From Armatimonadetes bacterium 13_1_40CM_64_14 (GTDB lineage Bacteria; Sysuimicrobiota; Sysuimicrobiia; Sysuimicrobiales; Kaftiobacteriaceae): 61,551 bases of DNA. Position numbers and translations under genes: made by a program. Under the pieces are notes generated by a model that worked only from the letters and a program-made list of their open reading frames with translations, did no database searches and was not told the DNA's origin. This document shows, piece after piece, positions 1 to 11,569 of the stretch. Every line of letters starts with the position of its first letter. The stretch's first letter is position 1. The stretch is from positions 1 to 61,551 of the forward strand of contig MNEU01000063.1 in assembly GCA_001917855.1 (NCBI GenBank), in the 5' to 3' direction.

Positions 1-375
1 CTCGGCGCGTTCCAGGGCGGCCTGGGGCAACCGCCGGTGTTGCTGTATACGAAGTCCGTGTTGGACGGGGTTTCCTCGGTCGCGATCGGCGCCACACTCG
101 GCCCCGGGGTCTTTCTGTCAGCGGGGACGATTCTTGTCTATCAGGGTGCCCTCACGCTGCTGGCGTCCTCGGCGCAGACGTTGATGACCCCGGACGTGAC
201 CCGCGAGTTCACGGCGACGGGGGGGTTACTCGTGCTCGGGGTCGGCATCACCTTGTTGGGCCTCCGTCCGATTCGGGTCGGCAATCTGCTTCCGGCGTTG
301 CTCGTGGTCGTCGTGCTGACCTCTCTTCTTCCGACGCTCACCTCTCTCGCCCGATCCTTCTCGATCCTCCCGTAG
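1..375 (+). CDS. DUF554-family integral membrane protein, C-terminal part (5' end outside window)
   Basis: Frame is open from nt 1. KSVLDG..S.AIGATLGPGV...YQGALTLLA pattern and hydrophobic helices are typical of DUF554/YdfK-like proteins. Confidence 0.6.
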   Translation, partial: LGAFQGGLGQPPVLLYTKSVLDGVSSVAIGATLGPGVFLSAGTILVYQGALTLLASSAQTLMTPDVTREFTATGGLLVLGVGITLLGLRPIRVGNLLPALLVVVVLTSLLPTLTSLARSFSILP

Positions 376-510
376 GCAGGCCTGTGCCTTGACCCGGAAC
401 TCCTGTGACCATGTCGAGAGTCTGGGCGCGATCGGGTCGGCCTGGACTGTCTACCGGAGGATAAGGTTCTGATTTCGTGGAAGCCCACAGTCGTCAGCCG
501 CGCTGAGTCA

Positions 511-1209
511 GTGTACAGGTGGGGCGCAGTGTGGTTTCGCGACCGCCAAGACGCGGGAGAGCAGCTGGCGGCGGCGCTGCGGCCGTATCGCGAGCGCCAG
601 CCTTATGTGCTTGCCATCCCGCGCGGGGGCGTGGTCGTCGGCTACGTAGTCGCGAAGGAGCTAGGGGCCCCGCTGGATGTCATCGTGCCTCGCAAGCTCC
701 GTGCGCCGGGAAACCCGGAGTTGGCGATCGGGGCCGTCGCCCACGACGGCACTGTCTACCTAGATCAGGCCCTCGTGAGTTCCCTGCGGGTGGATGAGGA
801 CTATCTGCGGCAGGAGGCCTCGGAGCAGACCGAGGAGATCCGGCGGCGTATGCGTTTGTACCGCGGTGATCGCCCCCTCCCGGATCTGGCCGCGCGGACT
901 GCCATCGTAGTCGACGACGGGATTGCCACCGGGGCAACCATGATCGCGGCCCTGCGGGCCGTGCGGGGCATGCGTCCGCAGCGGGTTGTGGCGGCTATCC
1001 CCGTCGCCCCACCGGACGGGGCCCAGCGGCTCGGCGGGGAGGCGGATGACGTCTTCTGCCTCCACCGGCCGATGATGTTCTATGCCGTCGGACAGTTCTA
1101 TGACGACTTCGCGCAGACCACCGACGACGAGGTCATTGCGCTCCTGCGCCGTCGCGAGGTGGAACGTGCTGCCGGAGGCGAGCAGGCGAGCTCCGGACCG
1201 GACCGGTGA
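511..1209 (+). CDS. phosphoribosyltransferase-family protein
   Basis: N-terminal FRDRQDAGEQLA motif and PRPP-binding loop VVDDGIATGATM. Start could be the GTG at 511 or the one at 529. Confidence 0.7.
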   Translation: MYRWGAVWFRDRQDAGEQLAAALRPYRERQPYVLAIPRGGVVVGYVVAKELGAPLDVIVPRKLRAPGNPELAIGAVAHDGTVYLDQALVSSLRVDEDYLRQEASEQTEEIRRRMRLYRGDRPLPDLAARTAIVVDDGIATGATMIAALRAVRGMRPQRVVAAIPVAPPDGAQRLGGEADDVFCLHRPMMFYAVGQFYDDFAQTTDDEVIALLRRREVERAAGGEQASSGPDR

Positions 1210-1252
1210 CGGCATGCGGTCTGCGTGGCACAATTGATAGCGCGGTTTCCGT

Positions 1253-2362
1253 ATGACGATGGTCACGACGCACCCGAAGCACACAAGCCTGTTTGCCCTG
1301 CATCGCGCCGCGGGGGCGCGCATGATTGAGTTCGGCGGCTGGGAGATGCCCGTACAATACACGAGCATCGTGGAGGAGCACCGGAGTGTGCGCACGGCGG
1401 CAGGGTTGTTTGATGTCTCCCACATGGGCGAGATCGAGATTACCGGACCGGGTGCGCTTGAGTCTGTGCAGCGATTGATTCCAAATGATGCGAGCCGATT
1501 GGCCGTGGGGCAGGGTCTGTATTCCCCGATGTGCACGCCGACGGGCGGCATTATCGACGACCTGACGGTGTTCCGCCTTGGCGACCAGCGATTCTACTTC
1601 GTGGTGAATGCCGCCCGCGTCGAGGTGGACTTCAAATGGATCGCCGAGCACACGCGCAACGCCGTCGCGGACAACCGGTCCGCGGACCTCGCCCTCCTGG
1701 CCCTGCAAGGACCCAGGGCGGCAGAGATTCTCCAAGCGCTCACGCCAGCGGATCTCTCGGCGTTGGCATACTTTCACGCCGCCGACGGCGTCACGGTCGC
1801 CTCCCGTCGGTGCCTCCTGTCGCGGACAGGCTACACCGGCGAGGACGGGTTTGAAATCGCCTGTGCGTGGGACGACGCCCCCGCTCTGTGGACGGCGTTG
1901 CTCGAGGTGGGCCGCCGCCACGGCGCGGTGCCGGTTGGGCTGGGGGCCCGGGATACCCTACGGCTGGAAGCGGGCTATATGTTGTACGGCAATGACATCG
2001 ACGAGACGACGTCGCCTCTGGAAGCGCCGCTGGCCTGGACGGTCAAGATCGAGAAGGGCGATTTTATCGGGCGTGACGCGCTGCTCGCCCAGAAAGCCAG
2101 GGGCGTGGATCGGAAGTTCGCCGGGTTTGAGATGATCGATCGCGCCATCCCCCGCCAGGGCTACGAGTTGCAGGCCGACGGTCGGCGCGTCGGCCGGGTG
2201 ACTAGCGGGACGTTTGGCCCTTGGGTGAATAAGAGCATCGGCATGGGATACGTGCAGCGCGCGATGGGCCAGCCGGGAGCGCCCCTTCACGTGGAAGTCC
2301 GCGGCCGTCTTCACACCGCGCGCATCGTCAAGTTGCCCTTTTATCGGCGGGCGACGAGCTGA
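1253..2362 (+). CDS. gcvT: aminomethyltransferase, glycine cleavage system T protein
   Basis: Motifs WEMPVQY, FDVSHMG and GYTGEDGFE. First gene of a gcvT-H-PA-PB cluster. Confidence 0.95.
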   Translation: MTMVTTHPKHTSLFALHRAAGARMIEFGGWEMPVQYTSIVEEHRSVRTAAGLFDVSHMGEIEITGPGALESVQRLIPNDASRLAVGQGLYSPMCTPTGGIIDDLTVFRLGDQRFYFVVNAARVEVDFKWIAEHTRNAVADNRSADLALLALQGPRAAEILQALTPADLSALAYFHAADGVTVASRRCLLSRTGYTGEDGFEIACAWDDAPALWTALLEVGRRHGAVPVGLGARDTLRLEAGYMLYGNDIDETTSPLEAPLAWTVKIEKGDFIGRDALLAQKARGVDRKFAGFEMIDRAIPRQGYELQADGRRVGRVTSGTFGPWVNKSIGMGYVQRAMGQPGAPLHVEVRGRLHTARIVKLPFYRRATS

Positions 2363-2402
2363 GCGCCGCGCATGCGGGCGCTAGTCGCGAGGGGAGAGGT
2401 TT

Positions 2403-2786
2403 ATGTATCCTAAGGACCTACGGTACTCCTCGGAGCATGAGTGGGCCCGCTCCGAGGGCGACCGCGTGCGGGTGGGCATTACCAAGTTTGCGGCGGACCG
2501 CCTGACAGACGTAGTCTTTGTGGAACTCCCGGCACCGGGGACGAAGGTCCAGTACATGCAGCCGTTTGGCGTGGTTGAGTCGGTGAAGGCGGTGTCTGAT
2601 CTGTACGCTCCCGTGACCGGGACGGTCGTCGAGGTCAACACAACGCTGAAGGAAACTCCCGAAGTGGTCAACACGGATCCCTACGGGAAGGGCTGGATGA
2701 TTCTCGTGCAACCCGATAACCCGAAGGAGATGGACCAGTTAATGCCGGTGGACAAGTACCTCGCTGTGATTGGGGAAAAGGCGTGA
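2403..2786 (+). CDS. gcvH: glycine cleavage system H protein
   Basis: 127 aa with lipoyl-lysine motif VESVKAVSDLY. RBS GGAGAGG lies upstream. Confidence 0.95.
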   Translation: MYPKDLRYSSEHEWARSEGDRVRVGITKFAADRLTDVVFVELPAPGTKVQYMQPFGVVESVKAVSDLYAPVTGTVVEVNTTLKETPEVVNTDPYGKGWMILVQPDNPKEMDQLMPVDKYLAVIGEKA

Positions 2787-4171
2787 CAGCACGCAGCAAG
2801 AGCGTCGACGTCGCGGTGCGGGCCCAGCACAAGTACATTCCGGCGACGGAGTCCGAGCGCGAGGAGATGCTCAAGACGGTGGGTGTCTCGAGCGTCGAGG
2901 AGCTGTTCGCAGACATTCCCGCCGCTGTCCGCTTAGGCCGTCCCCTCCAGTTGCCCCCCGCCCTCAGCGAGCCGGAGTTGATGGCCCACATGCGGACGCT
3001 GGCCGAAGCCAATCTCCACAACGATCGAGCTGTGTGTTTCCTCGGCGCGGGCGCCTATGACCACTACGTCCCCAGCGTGGTCTGGCACCTCGCCGGTCGC
3101 GGCGAGTTCCTCACCGCCTACACGCCCTACCAGGCTGAATTGATGCAGGGCGAGTTGCAGGCGGGCTATGAGTACCAGAGCATGCTGTGCGCGTTGACCG
3201 CGATGGATGTGGCGAATGCGTCCATGTACGATGGCGCCTCCGCAACGGCCGAAGCGGCCGTGATGGCCAAAGACCTGACCCACCGCGACGAGGTGCTGAT
3301 CAGCACCGCCGTCCACCCTGAATACCGGCAGGTGCTGCACACCTACACCGCTCCGCTGGGGATTCACCTCCGGGAGGTTCCCTATCGCAACGGGATCACG
3401 GATCTGGGTGCGCTAGCGCAGATGCTCTCCCCGCGTACCGCGGGAGTCTTGATCCAACACCCCAATTTCTTTGGCGCTTTAGAAGATGGGGCCGCGGCGG
3501 CCGACCTCGCGCATCGTGCGGGCGGCCTGCTGATGTGCGCCGTGGCCGACCCCTTGTCGCTCGGAGTCCTGAACCCCCCCGGGGCCTGGGGCGCGGATAT
3601 CGTGTGCGGCGAAGGCCAGCCCCTCGGCGGCCACCTCAACTTCGGCGGCCCGTATCTGGGCATGCTCGCGACGCGCCAGGAGTTCATCCGCCGCATTCCG
3701 GGTCGGCTGGTGGGGGCCACCGTGGACACTGACGGAAGGCGCGGGTTCGTGCTGACCCTGCAGACCCGCGAGCAGCACATCCGCCGTGAGAAAGCTTCCA
3801 GTAACATCTGCACCAACGAGGCCCTTCTGGCCCTGGCCGCGGCGATCTACATGGCCGCTCTGGGCAAGAGCGGATTCCAGAAAGTTTCTGAACTCAATGT
3901 GCGCAAGGCCGCGTACGCGAAAGAGGTCATCACGGCTATCCCAGGATTTCGTCTCGCGTTTGATTCCCCGACGTTTCACGAGTTCGTCGTCCGGACACCC
4001 CTGCCGCCCGAGGAAATTAACCGCCGGCTGCTGCCTCGCGGAATCCTGGGTGGCGCGCCACTGGGGCGGTGGTATCCGGACTTGAGCGATGCCTGGCTGC
4101 TGTGTGTGACCGAGCAGCGCACACGCGCCCAGATCGACGAGCTCGCCGCACAGTTGGAGAAGATGCGATGA
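2783..4171 (+). CDS. gcvPA: glycine dehydrogenase (decarboxylating) subunit 1
   Basis: GTGA overlap with the gcvH stop. [14 protein letters not shown]-terminus and GcvPA-length protein (462 aa). Confidence 0.93.
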   Translation: MTARSKSVDVAVRAQHKYIPATESEREEMLKTVGVSSVEELFADIPAAVRLGRPLQLPPALSEPELMAHMRTLAEANLHNDRAVCFLGAGAYDHYVPSVVWHLAGRGEFLTAYTPYQAELMQGELQAGYEYQSMLCALTAMDVANASMYDGASATAEAAVMAKDLTHRDEVLISTAVHPEYRQVLHTYTAPLGIHLREVPYRNGITDLGALAQMLSPRTAGVLIQHPNFFGALEDGAAAADLAHRAGGLLMCAVADPLSLGVLNPPGAWGADIVCGEGQPLGGHLNFGGPYLGMLATRQEFIRRIPGRLVGATVDTDGRRGFVLTLQTREQHIRREKASSNICTNEALLALAAAIYMAALGKSGFQKVSELNVRKAAYAKEVITAIPGFRLAFDSPTFHEFVVRTPLPPEEINRRLLPRGILGGAPLGRWYPDLSDAWLLCVTEQRTRAQIDELAAQLEKMR

Positions 4172-5640
4172 GCCTCCGCTCGCGCGGCCGCGACTTCCCC
4201 CTGATCTTCGAACTCAGCGTCCCTGAGCGTGTGGGGTCGTCGTATCCATCTCCCGATGTGCCGCTGCGCCCCCTTGACGAGTTGATCCCCGCTCGTCAGT
4301 TGCGCGAGGAGGCAGCGGCGCTGCCTGAGGTCAGCGAGCCTGACGTCGTCCGGCACTACACCCGCCTGTCGCACCGCAACTTCAGTATCGACGAAGGCTT
4401 CTACCCGTTAGGCTCGTGCACGATGAAGTACAACCCCAAGGTCCACGAAGATGTCGCCGGCTTGCCTGGGTTCGCCCGGTTGCATCCGTACGCACCGGTC
4501 GAACATGCGCAGGGAGCGTTGCAGCTGATCTGGGAACTGGAACACCTACTAGCGGAGATCGGCGGGATGGATCGCGTGACGGTGCATCCAGCCGCCGGGG
4601 CGCACGGTGAACTCACCGGGCTCCTGATGATCCGCGCATACTTCCACGCGCGCGGCGAGGCGCGCACGAAAGTCATCGTGCCCGACTCTGCCCACGGCAC
4701 CAACCCCGCCACCGCGTCTATGGCTGGCTACCAGGTCGTCACCGTGAAGTCGGATGCGCGCGGCAATCTGGACGTGGATGCGCTGCGCGCGGTGATGGAC
4801 CGCTCTGTCGCAGCTATCATGCTGACCAATCCCAATACGCTGGGGCTCTTTGAAGAACGCATTCAAGACGTGGAGAGGATCATCCACGGCGGGGGCGGCC
4901 AGATGTACCTGGACGGGGCCAATTTGAACGCCGTGCTGGGAGTGGCCCGTGCCGGGGATCAAGGGTTTGATGTCATGCACATGAACCTGCACAAGACCTT
5001 TACAACCCCGCATGGAGGCGGCGGCCCCGGCGCGTGCGCTGTGGGGGTGAAAGCACACCTCGCGCCGTTCTTGCCGGTTCCGACCGTCGAACGCGTCGGA
5101 GAGCGCTTTGTGCTGGACTACGATCGGCGCCAGTCGATCGGCAAGCTGCGCGCGTTCTATGGTAACTTTGGGAACCTGGTGCGCGCCTACGCGTACATTC
5201 GGACCATGGGGGCCGACGGATTGCGCCAGGTGGCCGAGAGTGCCGTCCTCAACGCCAACTATCTTTTGGCGCTGCTGCGGGGAGCGTTTGATCTCCCCTA
5301 CGACCGGATCTGCAAGCACGAGTTCGTGCTGTCCGGACTCCGCCAGAAGCAGCAGTCTGGGGTCACGACCAAAGACATGGCCAAGCGCTTGCTGGATTAC
5401 GGGTTCCACGCGCCGACGATTTACTTTCCGCTCATCGTCGAAGAAGCGATCATGATCGAGCCCACGGAGACGGAAAGCAAGCGCACGATGGATGAGTTCG
5501 CCGACGCGATGCTCGCGATCGCGCGCGAGGCTCAAGACCGTAGCGAAGTCGTCAAGACCGCTCCGCATACTACCCCGGTCCAACGGCTGGACGAGGTCCG
5601 TGCCGCTCGCCATCCCGATCTGCGCTGGTCGCCGCGCTGA
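4168..5640 (+). CDS. gcvPB: glycine dehydrogenase (decarboxylating) subunit 2
   Basis: ATG at 4168 overlaps the gcvPA stop (ATGA). PLP-lysine motif MNLHKTF. The longer ORF from 4069 is an upstream extension in the same frame. Confidence 0.93.
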   Translation: MSLRSRGRDFPLIFELSVPERVGSSYPSPDVPLRPLDELIPARQLREEAAALPEVSEPDVVRHYTRLSHRNFSIDEGFYPLGSCTMKYNPKVHEDVAGLPGFARLHPYAPVEHAQGALQLIWELEHLLAEIGGMDRVTVHPAAGAHGELTGLLMIRAYFHARGEARTKVIVPDSAHGTNPATASMAGYQVVTVKSDARGNLDVDALRAVMDRSVAAIMLTNPNTLGLFEERIQDVERIIHGGGGQMYLDGANLNAVLGVARAGDQGFDVMHMNLHKTFTTPHGGGGPGACAVGVKAHLAPFLPVPTVERVGERFVLDYDRRQSIGKLRAFYGNFGNLVRAYAYIRTMGADGLRQVAESAVLNANYLLALLRGAFDLPYDRICKHEFVLSGLRQKQQSGVTTKDMAKRLLDYGFHAPTIYFPLIVEEAIMIEPTETESKRTMDEFADAMLAIAREAQDRSEVVKTAPHTTPVQRLDEVRAARHPDLRWSPR

Positions 5641-5650
5641 GCGCGCGCCT

Positions 5651-6589
5651 ATGGTCCCGATGATTTCCCTCGCGGATGTGCGCGCGGCTCTGGAGCGGAT
5701 CGCTCCGTACACGGTCCGCACGCCCCTGACGGCCCTGGCGGGCGGCCCGTGGCTCAAACTGGAATCCCTGCAGGTGACAGGCTCGTTCAAGGCCCGGGGC
5801 GCGTTCAACCACGTCCTCGCCTTGCAGGCGGAGTGCGCGGGCGGTGTCATCACGGCGTCCTCGGGCAATCACGGAAAAGCGATCGCCTACGTCGCCAAAA
5901 CGCTGGGGCTGCGGGCCGTTGTGGTGGTGCCCGAAGACGTCGTCGCCCCGAAAGCAGACGCCATCACTGCGCTGGGTGCGGAGCTGATCCGGCACGGCAT
6001 CTACTCCACCGAGCGCGTGGCGTACGCCCAGCAACTGGCCGCGCAGCGTAAACTGCACTACGTTCCGCCGTATGACGACCCGCTCATCATCGCCGGCCAG
6101 GGCACAGCAGGACTCGAAATGGTGGACCAGTGTCCGAACGTGGAAGTCGTCTATGTCCCGGTCAGCGGCGGCGGCCTGATCTCGGGGGTCGCCCTCGCGG
6201 TCAAGGCGCTGCGCCCTCACGCCCGGGTGATCGGAGTGGAACCCGCGGGTCTGCAGCGGTTCGCTCGCTCTCGGGCGGCGGGCAAGCCGGTTGTCCTAGA
6301 CGGGGGCGAGACGATTGCGGACGGACTGCGCGTGCTGACGCCTGGCAAGCTCACGTGGGAAGTGACCGCACGCACGGTGGACGGCTTTGTTTCGGTCACC
6401 GATCAGGAGATCGTCGCCGCCGCGCGCCGGGCGCTGTTGGATGTTCGCGTCGTCGTGGAGCCTTCGGGGGCTACCTCCGTCGCTGCGGCGCTGAAGGTGT
6501 CAAACGCGAATCCTGCGACAACGGTGGCGGTTGTGAGCGGGGGCAATGCGGAGCCAGACTTTCTGAAGCGCTTATTGGAAGCTGCCTGA
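5651..6589 (+). CDS. PLP-dependent serine/threonine dehydratase family protein (threonine ammonia-lyase / serine racemase-like)
   Basis: PLP-lysine motif GSFKARGA, SSGNHG, glycine loop VSGGGLISG. ATG at 5651 is chosen over the 5492 extension that overlaps gcvPB. Confidence 0.8.
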   Translation: MVPMISLADVRAALERIAPYTVRTPLTALAGGPWLKLESLQVTGSFKARGAFNHVLALQAECAGGVITASSGNHGKAIAYVAKTLGLRAVVVVPEDVVAPKADAITALGAELIRHGIYSTERVAYAQQLAAQRKLHYVPPYDDPLIIAGQGTAGLEMVDQCPNVEVVYVPVSGGGLISGVALAVKALRPHARVIGVEPAGLQRFARSRAAGKPVVLDGGETIADGLRVLTPGKLTWEVTARTVDGFVSVTDQEIVAAARRALLDVRVVVEPSGATSVAAALKVSNANPATTVAVVSGGNAEPDFLKRLLEAA

Positions 6590-6610
6590 CGAGGTCCTGC
6601 TGGAAGTTGG

Positions 6611-7141
6611 TCAGCCTTCTTCTGCGGTGACTGGGGAATGGGTGGACGCGGGGTCCCGATCGAGATAGCCGATGACGTCGCGCAGATCGCGAATGTCCAC
6701 CCCAGCTTGCAGTACCTGCACCGGTCCGACCGCGCGGCGCACCCGCCTGAGGTGGAGCGCGCGATCGTCGACGTAGAGAATCTCCTCAGGCCGCAGGCGC
6801 ACCCCTTCTTCGGATAACTCCCGTACGAGATCGCTCACCGTTCGCTCCTTGTACGGGTGGAATTCCACCTTGGGATGCACGAAGTAGTCACGCAGCCCCA
6901 GCGTTTCCAAGATGGCGGACGCGGGGGCGGGCTGATTCCAGCTGGCAATGGAGATCAAGATCCGACGTTCCCGCAGCGTGTCCAACAGCGCCCGCGCGCC
7001 GGGCTGGAGCGTAACGTGCACCCCAGTGGCGTCGGCCACAGTCTGTTCGTCGATGCGGGTAAACGGAGCGCGCAGCTCGGTCGCGTTGTGGTGGTCCCAC
7101 AGCGTGCGGTCCAAGTCGAGAATGACCAGCCTAACGGCCAT
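6611..7141 (-). CDS. HAD-superfamily phosphatase, MDP-1 (magnesium-dependent phosphatase-1)-like
   Basis: HAD motif I DLDRTLW, motif II ASWN, motif IV YVDDR. Its start overlaps the hisIE stop by 11 nt. Confidence 0.7.
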   Translation of the reverse strand: MAVRLVILDLDRTLWDHHNATELRAPFTRIDEQTVADATGVHVTLQPGARALLDTLRERRILISIASWNQPAPASAILETLGLRDYFVHPKVEFHPYKERTVSDLVRELSEEGVRLRPEEILYVDDRALHLRRVRRAVGPVQVLQAGVDIRDLRDVIGYLDRDPASTHSPVTAEEG

Positions 7142-7754
7142 GGCGCCGCCGATCGAGTTCGGCGTACACGTCGTCGAGGGTCACCCCGCGTTCGAGGAGG
7201 AGCACTAGCGTGTGGTAGAGGAGGTCGGCGGTTTCTTCCACGAGCCGCTGATTGGTTTCGGCCAGCGCCGCGTGGATCACCTCACCGGATTCTTCCTGGA
7301 CCTTCGCGGCAATCGCAGCGCCTCCGCCCCGCAGCAAGGTGGCGGTGTACGACCCGTCGCGCATCTCCTCGCGGCGGCGCTCCAATCGTGCGAAGAGATC
7401 GCGCAGCCCATCAGCGGTCGGGGCGACGTCGGTCTCGCCTCCGGCGGCGAGGCCGCGGTAGAAGCACGAGCGGTGCCCGGTGTGACAGGCCGGGCCGCTC
7501 TGGTCGACCACCAGCAGCAGCGCATCATTGTCGCAATCGACGCGCATCTCGCGGACGCGTTGCGTGTGCCCAGACTCCTCCCCTTTGCGCCACAGACGTC
7601 CGCGCGACCGACTCCAGTACCACGCGTCCCCACTGTCGGCAGTGCGCTGGACAGCTTCTGCGTTCATGTAGGCGACCATCAACACTTCGCCCGTAGTTGC
7701 GTCTTGGGCGACGACGGGGACGAGTCCCTGTGCATCGTACTTCACAGCTAGCAT
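7131..7754 (-). CDS. hisIE: bifunctional phosphoribosyl-AMP cyclohydrolase / phosphoribosyl-ATP pyrophosphatase
   Basis: Cyclohydrolase motif [10 protein letters not shown] followed by a PRA-PH helical domain (KVQEESGEV...ETADLLYH). Confidence 0.93.
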   Translation of the reverse strand: MLAVKYDAQGLVPVVAQDATTGEVLMVAYMNAEAVQRTADSGDAWYWSRSRGRLWRKGEESGHTQRVREMRVDCDNDALLLVVDQSGPACHTGHRSCFYRGLAAGGETDVAPTADGLRDLFARLERRREEMRDGSYTATLLRGGGAAIAAKVQEESGEVIHAALAETNQRLVEETADLLYHTLVLLLERGVTLDDVYAELDRRRHGR

Positions 7755-7780
7755 GAAAAGCGCTCCTCGCTCGGCGTGGA

Positions 7781-9245
<1,465 letters not shown>

Positions 9246-9249
<4 letters not shown>

Positions 9250-9899
9250 GGTAAACTCGCGGTCCGCTCGGCGAGGGACGCGATCCACTCGATCGCCCCG
9301 CGCAACAGACGCTGCCCGGTTTCCGCACTCTTCTCCGGGTGGAACTGCACACCGGCGAGGTGGCCTCGCTGGATCACCGAGGGGAACTCCTCGCCATACG
9401 TGGTCGTGGCAATGACATCCCCTGCGTCGTCAGGACATACCACATAAGAGTGCACGAAGTACACATTGCTGCCATCTGCGACGCCATCCAGGAGCGGAGA
9501 GGGCTGCCGGATCGCGAGCTGGTTCCATCCCATGTGCGGGACCTTTAATCCGCTGGGTAGCCGCCTGACCTCTCCGGGCACCAGTCCCAACCCTATGGCG
9601 GTCGGGGATTCCTCGCTGCGCGCAAACAGCAACTGCATTCCCAAGCACACGCCCAGCAATGGAATGCCGTCTGCGACCTGCGCGCGGATCCAGTCCGGGA
9701 ATCCAGCGGCCTGCAGGCGTGCCATGGCCGCGCCAAACGCGCCCACCCCGGGGAGCAGGATCCCGTCCACGCGCTCGCCCGTCGGCGTCTGGGTCACCAC
9801 ACCCACCTCGGCTCCGGCCAGAGTAAGCGCCCGTCCAATGCTGCGCAGGTTGCCCGCCCCGTAGTCGATGAGGGCTACCCGCACCCGCGGCGATCGCAT
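9246..9899 (-). CDS. hisH: imidazole glycerol phosphate synthase glutaminase subunit
   Basis: IDYGAGNLRS motif and nucleophile elbow GVCLGMQLL, followed by the HSY catalytic region. Confidence 0.93.
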
Positions 9900-9902
9900 G
9901 TC

Positions 9903-10433
9903 CTAGAGCCTCCCCTTGCTCGACGGCACGGCCTGATCCACGACGCGTGTCGCCCGGTGCAGGACGACCCCGGTGCTCTTAAAGCCGGCTTCTAAGATGT
10001 GGTGCGCGTTGCGGCCGTGGAGTTGCAGCAGGTGTAGGGTCACTGCGGCGTTCGTCGTGAACGCGCGGAAGAACTCCTCCGCCAAGTCCGTGGCAAACGT
10101 CCCCAACATCGTCTGCTCCACTGTCAGTCCATAGTGCAGGTAGGCCCGCCCACTGATGTCCAAGGCGGCCAGCACCAGTGCGTCGTCCATCGGCGCATGC
10201 AGGGAGGCAAACCGCGCGATGCCTCGTCCGTCCCCCAGCGCAGCCTTGAAGGCCTGCCCCAACGTAATGCCGACGTCTTCTACGGTGTGGTGCGGCTCGA
10301 CCGCCAAATCGCCGTCGGCCTCGATGGTGAGGTCGAATCGGCCGTGCGTGGCAATCTGCAGAAGCATGTGATCGAAGAACGGGATGCCGGTGCGAATCGC
10401 GCGTTCGCCCGCCCCGTCCAGGTTGAGCACCAC
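9903..10433 (-). CDS. hisB: imidazoleglycerol-phosphate dehydratase (monofunctional); true start probably lies upstream of 10433
   Basis: Motifs IPFFDHML, HHTVED, HHILEAGFK. The conserved N-terminal T.ET.I segment continues in frame upstream of the first ATG/GTG/TTG (see finding). Confidence 0.9.
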   Translation of the reverse strand: MVLNLDGAGERAIRTGIPFFDHMLLQIATHGRFDLTIEADGDLAVEPHHTVEDVGITLGQAFKAALGDGRGIARFASLHAPMDDALVLAALDISGRAYLHYGLTVEQTMLGTFATDLAEEFFRAFTTNAAVTLHLLQLHGRNAHHILEAGFKSTGVVLHRATRVVDQAVPSSKGRL

Positions 10434-10480
10434 CCGGATCTTGGTCTCGGTGGTTTCATGGGTGACGCGGCCGATGCGCT

Positions 10481-11569
10481 CTATGCGGATCGCCCCCTCA
10501 CAGACGCGCGCAGCGCGTCGAGGAACTGGTTGTTTTCTGCGTGTGTCCCGACCGTGACCCGCAGGCAGTTTTCTAAGAGGGGTCCACGGGACACGTCGCG
10601 GACAAGCACCCCGCGCTCGAGGAGTCCTGCGAACACGTCTGCGGCGGGGGCGCGGGTGCGCAGCAGCAGGAAATTCGCCTGCGAGGGATACGTGGTGACG
10701 CCGTCAATTGCGCGCACGGCGTCTTCGAGACGTCTCCGTTCGGCGATGAGTGCTTCCACTCGGCCCGAGACGAGCTCGGGCCGCTGCAAGGCCACGAGCG
10801 CTGCCTCCTGGGAAAATACGTTCACGTTGTACGGCGGGAGGGCTTTGCGGACGGCCTCCAGCACCGCCTCACCGGCGATGATCCACCCCACCCGCACCCC
10901 GGCTAGCGCAAAGCCCTTGGAGAATGTCCGCACGATGGCCAGATGCCCGTACCGGGACAGATCGCCGACGAACGACGCCGCGGTGAATTGGGCGTAGGCT
11001 TCATCAATGACGACCAGCCCGCGCGCGGATTCCAGCACCGCAGTTAAGCTGGGCCGCGCAAACGCATTCCCGGTCGGGTTATTGGGGGACGCGATGATCG
11101 TCACCGCAACCTCGGGGGAGGAGACCGCGGCCACCATCGCCTCTGTATCGAGGGAAAAGTCCTCGCGCAGTGGCACGGCCTGTACGGTGGCGCCTCCGAT
11201 TACGGCCAGAGGAGCGACCATGGAATACCCGGGGGCGGTCACGACCACACGCCGCCCGGTCGCATACGTGCTGACCAGAGCCAAGATCGCCTCGTTGGAT
11301 CCGTTGGTGACGGCGATCATGGTGGGGCTAACGCCGCAAGACTCCGCGAGAGCCTGACGCAGCGCTTCAGAATCCACGGCGGGGTAGCGATTCCAGGGCC
11401 GAGCGGCCACGCGGCGGAGGACCTCGTCTTTAAGCTCGGGCGGCCAGTCCCACGGGCTCTCGTTCTGATTGAGTTTCACGAGGGCTTCACGGCGAAGGCG
11501 GTACGCCGTCAAGGCCTCGATCTCCGGTCGGGCACGCAGGCCGGATGTGGTGGGCATGCGTTGACTCAT
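10481..11569 (-). CDS. hisC: histidinol-phosphate aminotransferase
   Basis: Class II aminotransferase with PLP-lysine motif TFSKGFALAGVRVG. 4-nt overlap with the hisG stop. Confidence 0.9.
   Translation of the reverse strand: MSQRMPTTSGLRARPEIEALTAYRLRREALVKLNQNESPWDWPPELKDEVLRRVAARPWNRYPAVDSEALRQALAESCGVSPTMIAVTNGSNEAILALVSTYATGRRVVVTAPGYSMVAPLAVIGGATVQAVPLREDFSLDTEAMVAAVSSPEVAVTIIASPNNPTGNAFARPSLTAVLESARGLVVIDEAYAQFTAASFVGDLSRYGHLAIVRTFSKGFALAGVRVGWIIAGEAVLEAVRKALPPYNVNVFSQEAALVALQRPELVSGRVEALIAERRRLEDAVRAIDGVTTYPSQANFLLLRTRAPAADVFAGLLERGVLVRDVSRGPLLENCLRVTVGTHAENNQFLDALRASVRGRSA

Noticed and set aside
376-1252. Looked for a glycine riboswitch upstream of the gcv operon (gaps 376-510 and 1210-1252).
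   Set aside because: The gcvT-proximal gap is only 43 nt. The 376-510 gap has a weak ACCGGAGGATAAGG resemblance but neither of the tandem GGAGAG...ACCGAAGGGGCAA aptamer cores. A covariance-model search would be needed to exclude it formally.
4549-5868. Long antisense or alternate-frame ORFs throughout the window, for example 4549-5868(-), 760-1551(-), 1133-1921(-), 27547-28674(-), 36219-37361(-), 34348-35397(-), 49692-50876(-), 55951-56895(+), 60383-61075(-).
   Set aside because: They lie entirely inside well-supported genes on the other strand or frame. They translate to Arg/Gly/Pro-rich low-complexity sequence with no recognisable motifs. Long shadow ORFs like these are expected in ~65% GC DNA, where stop codons are rare.
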